A DNA stretch of 64,000 nucleotides from an uncultured Bdellovibrionales bacterium (GTDB lineage: Bacteria; Patescibacteriota; Minisyncoccia; Moranbacterales; UBA1568): positions 5,396 through 69,395 of the forward strand of contig CAZGXN010000006.1 of NCBI GenBank assembly GCA_964530135.1. Direction: 5' to 3'. The notes under the pieces were generated by a model. That model had not been told where the DNA came from. It saw only the letters and a program-made list of their open reading frames with translations, and did no database searches. A program made the translations under genes and the position numbers. Positions 60,910-64,000 of this stretch are shown here, one piece after another. The stretch's first letter is position 1; every line of letters begins with the position of its first letter.

Positions 60910-62367
60910 ATGGCTAAAGACAGTGTTGTCCTCCGATTTGATAAAGTGTCCTTTGAGTATGGACACCGCAAGCCCATCCTCGATGAGGTGAGTTTTTCAG
61001 TGCGTCGGGGAGCCAAGTTGACACTTATGGGACAGAATGGCGCGGGCAAGAGCTCACTCTTCAAGCTCATCACGGGCGAAGTGAAGCCAACCGCTGGTCG
61101 TATCTCGATTGATCGTGATGAGACGGTGGCCCTCGGCCGCCAGACGATTCCGCGTGACCAGCTTGACCTCACGGTCGAAGAGTATTTCCAGCAATTTTTC
61201 GATGCGAAACAGTGGGACTTGCCGAAGCATATCCAAAATGTGCTTGAAATTGTCCATCTTCCTCTGCCGCCACTCGACAAAAAAATTCGTCAGTTTTCGG
61301 GTGGGCAGCAGGCGCGACTGTTGCTCGCCTCGGCACTTATCCAGAGTCCGGATATTCTCCTCCTCGACGAGCCGACGAACAATCTCGACGCCGAGGGCAT
61401 TGCGCACCTCACACAATTTCTCATTGAGTATGACAAGACCTGTATCGTCATTTCCCATGATGCGGATTTCTTAAATTCTTTCACCCAGGGCGTCCTGTAT
61501 CTCGACGTTTTCACACATACGATTGAGCAATACACAGGCGATTACTATGATGTGATAGAGGAAATTGCAAAGCGTATTGCTAAAGCTGAAAGTGAAAATG
61601 TTCGTCTCGAGCGGACTATTCGTGAGAAGAAAGATCAGGCGAATGTTTTTGCAAATAAGGGTGGTAAGTTGCGGGCAGTGGCAAAACGTATGCGGACCTT
61701 GGCCGAAGATCTCGAAGAAAATAAAATGGATGTTCGACAGGAGGACAAGACCCTTCCAGTCTTTAAGATTCCAACCCAGGGTGTCGTCGGTCCGATTGTT
61801 GATATCAAGACAGTGTCGCTGATTGCAGAAAAAGGCCCAGCTATCAAGCGCATCGATCTCACTCTGAAGAAGAACACACATCTCCTTGTGACCGGTCCAA
61901 ATGGTATTGGCAAGAGTACATTTCTCGAAGCGCTTGCGACCGGAGATACGGATCGGGCCATTATCACCCCGGGCGTAAAGGTTGGCTATTACCGACAGGA
62001 TTTTTCAACGCTTGATTTCAACGCTACTGTCGCCAATACGCTCCTGACGGTGATGGATGAGAAAAATATCCAACAGGCCTATGCGATTGCGGCAAAATTT
62101 TTGATTCCATCCGAACTCCTGCAGAACAAAGTCGAGAGTCTGTCCGAGGGTCAGAAGGGACTGCTCATGTTCGCCCGGCTCTACGCCGAGAAACCAGACC
62201 TTCTCATCCTCGATGAGCCGACGAATCACATCAATTTCCGTCACTTGCCGGTGATCGCCGCCGCGCTCGACCAGTACCAAGGTGCGATGATTCTCGTCTC
62301 TCATGTTCCGGACTTCGTGGCCCAGATTCGCATCGATGAGGTGCTGGATCTCGAGAGTCTGATCTAG
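60910..62367 (+). CDS. ABC-F family ATPase (two ABC cassettes, no TMD)
   Basis: Walker A GQNGAGKSSLFK and GPNGIGKSTFLE; signatures FSGGQQARL and LSEGQKGLL. Confidence 0.85.
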   Translation: MAKDSVVLRFDKVSFEYGHRKPILDEVSFSVRRGAKLTLMGQNGAGKSSLFKLITGEVKPTAGRISIDRDETVALGRQTIPRDQLDLTVEEYFQQFFDAKQWDLPKHIQNVLEIVHLPLPPLDKKIRQFSGGQQARLLLASALIQSPDILLLDEPTNNLDAEGIAHLTQFLIEYDKTCIVISHDADFLNSFTQGVLYLDVFTHTIEQYTGDYYDVIEEIAKRIAKAESENVRLERTIREKKDQANVFANKGGKLRAVAKRMRTLAEDLEENKMDVRQEDKTLPVFKIPTQGVVGPIVDIKTVSLIAEKGPAIKRIDLTLKKNTHLLVTGPNGIGKSTFLEALATGDTDRAIITPGVKVGYYRQDFSTLDFNATVANTLLTVMDEKNIQQAYAIAAKFLIPSELLQNKVESLSEGQKGLLMFARLYAEKPDLLILDEPTNHINFRHLPVIAAALDQYQGAMILVSHVPDFVAQIRIDEVLDLESLI

Positions 62368-62480
62368 GTCGCTTGACGAGACCGGTCGCCGAGCGTTAAG
62401 GTAAGCCTACTTTCGGATGTTCTGAATCAGGACTTTCGAATGGATTTGAACTTTCTCAACCTCTTACTGGGAGTGGTGAA

Positions 62481-63059
62481 ATGAAGGAGATACGAGTAAG
62501 CGCTCATGGCGCTGGCAAGATTTCTCTCGAGGGACTGAATCCTCAAGAAGTTGATCAGCTTCAGGCCATGGCGTGGGGCCATTCGTGGTGTATGGTGGTC
62601 GATGGTCGACTCCAGACTGTCTCTCGGTGGGAGCCCTTACCAGCTCCAGCCCAAGACGAGACGATGATGCCATTTTGGCAGCCATCGGCACCGGGTCCGG
62701 CGCAGATAGAACTTTGCGAGGTGCCAGTCCCACTCGGGTTGCAGGCGGGCATTACCATCGAGCATGTCTGTGGCTACCACTATACGCCCGAGAACTATCG
62801 GACTGAAACCACCAAGCTCGAAGAGTTTGGATTTGAGTGCTTGCGCTCCCGCCGTCGCTCGGACGGTCGGTACTGGGAGATGTGGTATCTACCCGGACTC
62901 TGGTCAGCCAAGGGGCGTCTCAAGGGCACGCTCTACGGCATCAAGGATCCGGCGCAGTCGATCGATGAAGCGGTTCGCTTCCTCTGCAGGAATGTCCAGT
63001 TCGGTTCGCTCAATGTTACTTGGCAGCGGGCGGCGATGACGATGGATGGCGGCGAATAA
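62481..63059 (+). CDS. hypothetical protein (GC-rich)
   Basis: ORF only. Confidence 0.35.
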   Translation: MKEIRVSAHGAGKISLEGLNPQEVDQLQAMAWGHSWCMVVDGRLQTVSRWEPLPAPAQDETMMPFWQPSAPGPAQIELCEVPVPLGLQAGITIEHVCGYHYTPENYRTETTKLEEFGFECLRSRRRSDGRYWEMWYLPGLWSAKGRLKGTLYGIKDPAQSIDEAVRFLCRNVQFGSLNVTWQRAAMTMDGGE

Positions 63060-63131
63060 ACCCTGCTCCACCATTTCGAAAAAGGTGGTCCCGAAGATAT
63101 CTTCGCGATCACCTTTTCTTTTTCTTAATTT

Positions 63132-64000
63132 TTACTTGTACCGAAGCGCGTCGAGGGCGTCGATGCGAGAGGCGGAGCGGGCGGGAAAGACACCAGTGAG
63201 GAAGCCGACGAAGGCTCCGAAGCCGATGACCGTCATCACGAACCAGAGCGGGGAGTAGAAGAGTGAGACGGCTTCACCGCCGAAACGCGTGGCGACAGCA
63301 TTGATGAGGATATTGATGACGAGACCGCCAATATACCCGATCCCTACACCACCCACTGCACCGAGGAAACCCATGAGTGTGGACTCCATGATGAACATGA
63401 GTGAGATATCGGATTTCGAGGCGCCGATCGCTTTCATAATCCCGATCTCTTCAGTACGTTCGAGGAGTGTGATGGTCATGGTGTTGAACATACCGATGGC
63501 AGAGACGATGAGGGCGATCATACCAAAGACCATGAGGACAAGTTGGATAGCACTGAAGACTTTGTTGGCCTGATCGATGGTTTCCGAAATTGAAGAGGCG
63601 GTGAGACCGAGACCATCAATCGCGAGGCGAATGGGTTCGATGACATCAGTTGAGCGGCATTTTACCTTGAGTTTCGTATATTGATCGATCGTGATTGTCC
63701 CGAGTGAATCGAGTGGTACATAGACGATGTTTTCATCACCCTCGCCGATACCGACTATCGTATAGGGAGTGCCGAGATCGACAGAGGTGCCACGGCCGGC
63801 AGCGTCTGGATTTATGAAGAGGGTAATCGCCATCGTTTTTCCGAGCATTTCTTCTGGTGTGACTCCATAGACTTGGGCGACAGCCTTGGTGATGACAATT
63901 TCACGGACATTACCTTTGTCAAAGAGGCGACCTTCTTCAACCTTCAATCCCTCACTCTTGAGGTAGCTGGGTCCGGTTGAGACAGTACTGACATCGAGCG
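63132..64000 (-). CDS. ABC transporter permease, FtsX/MacB-like (partial; N-terminus beyond window end)
   Basis: C-terminal four-helix FtsX-like domain LLERTEEIGIMKAIGASKSDI. Confidence 0.65.
   Translation of the reverse strand, partial: LDVSTVSTGPSYLKSEGLKVEEGRLFDKGNVREIVITKAVAQVYGVTPEEMLGKTMAITLFINPDAAGRGTSVDLGTPYTIVGIGEGDENIVYVPLDSLGTITIDQYTKLKVKCRSTDVIEPIRLAIDGLGLTASSISETIDQANKVFSAIQLVLMVFGMIALIVSAIGMFNTMTITLLERTEEIGIMKAIGASKSDISLMFIMESTLMGFLGAVGGVGIGYIGGLVINILINAVATRFGGEAVSLFYSPLWFVMTVIGFGAFVGFLTGVFPARSASRIDALDALRYK

Overview
This 64 kb window is a bacterial chromosomal segment of roughly 50% GC. Its gene content (dnaG-rpoD macromolecular-synthesis operon with a lysine-rich histone-like RpoD N-terminus, many small membrane proteins, SWIB and SET domain proteins, an RND pump with no outer-membrane factor) suggests a monoderm, possibly Patescibacteria-like lineage; that taxonomic guess is inference only. 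The window contains two tRNAs (Ser-CGA and Asn-GTT), the dnaG-rpoD operon, an integration hotspot at tRNA-Asn, an extracytoplasmic methionine-sulfoxide repair cluster (CHRD protein, thioredoxins, CcdA, MsrAB), a GT2-based polysaccharide cluster with a cellulose-synthase-like QxxRW glycosyltransferase, and a copper homeostasis cluster. It also holds a SWIB/SET divergent gene pair, TypA, an RND efflux pair and an ABC-F ATPase. The most notable region is an AT-rich island of about 9.5 kb integrated at the 3' end of tRNA-Asn. It encodes a large serine recombinase, a RecA-like (AAA_25) replication ATPase, a winged-helix protein and a tightly packed four-gene operon. That operon is patatin-like phospholipase, a cGAS/DncV-like nucleotidyltransferase and two proteins with no recognisable domains, i.e. 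a CBASS-like anti-phage system with non-canonical partner genes. Downstream of this island lie at least five further degenerate copies of the tRNA 3'-end plus terminator sequence. They delimit smaller cargo segments (two NUDIX hydrolases, the Msr cluster, a pair of P-loop kinases), which is consistent with serial integration at the same attB. All functional calls come from motifs I recognise by eye in the provided translations. No database search was possible.
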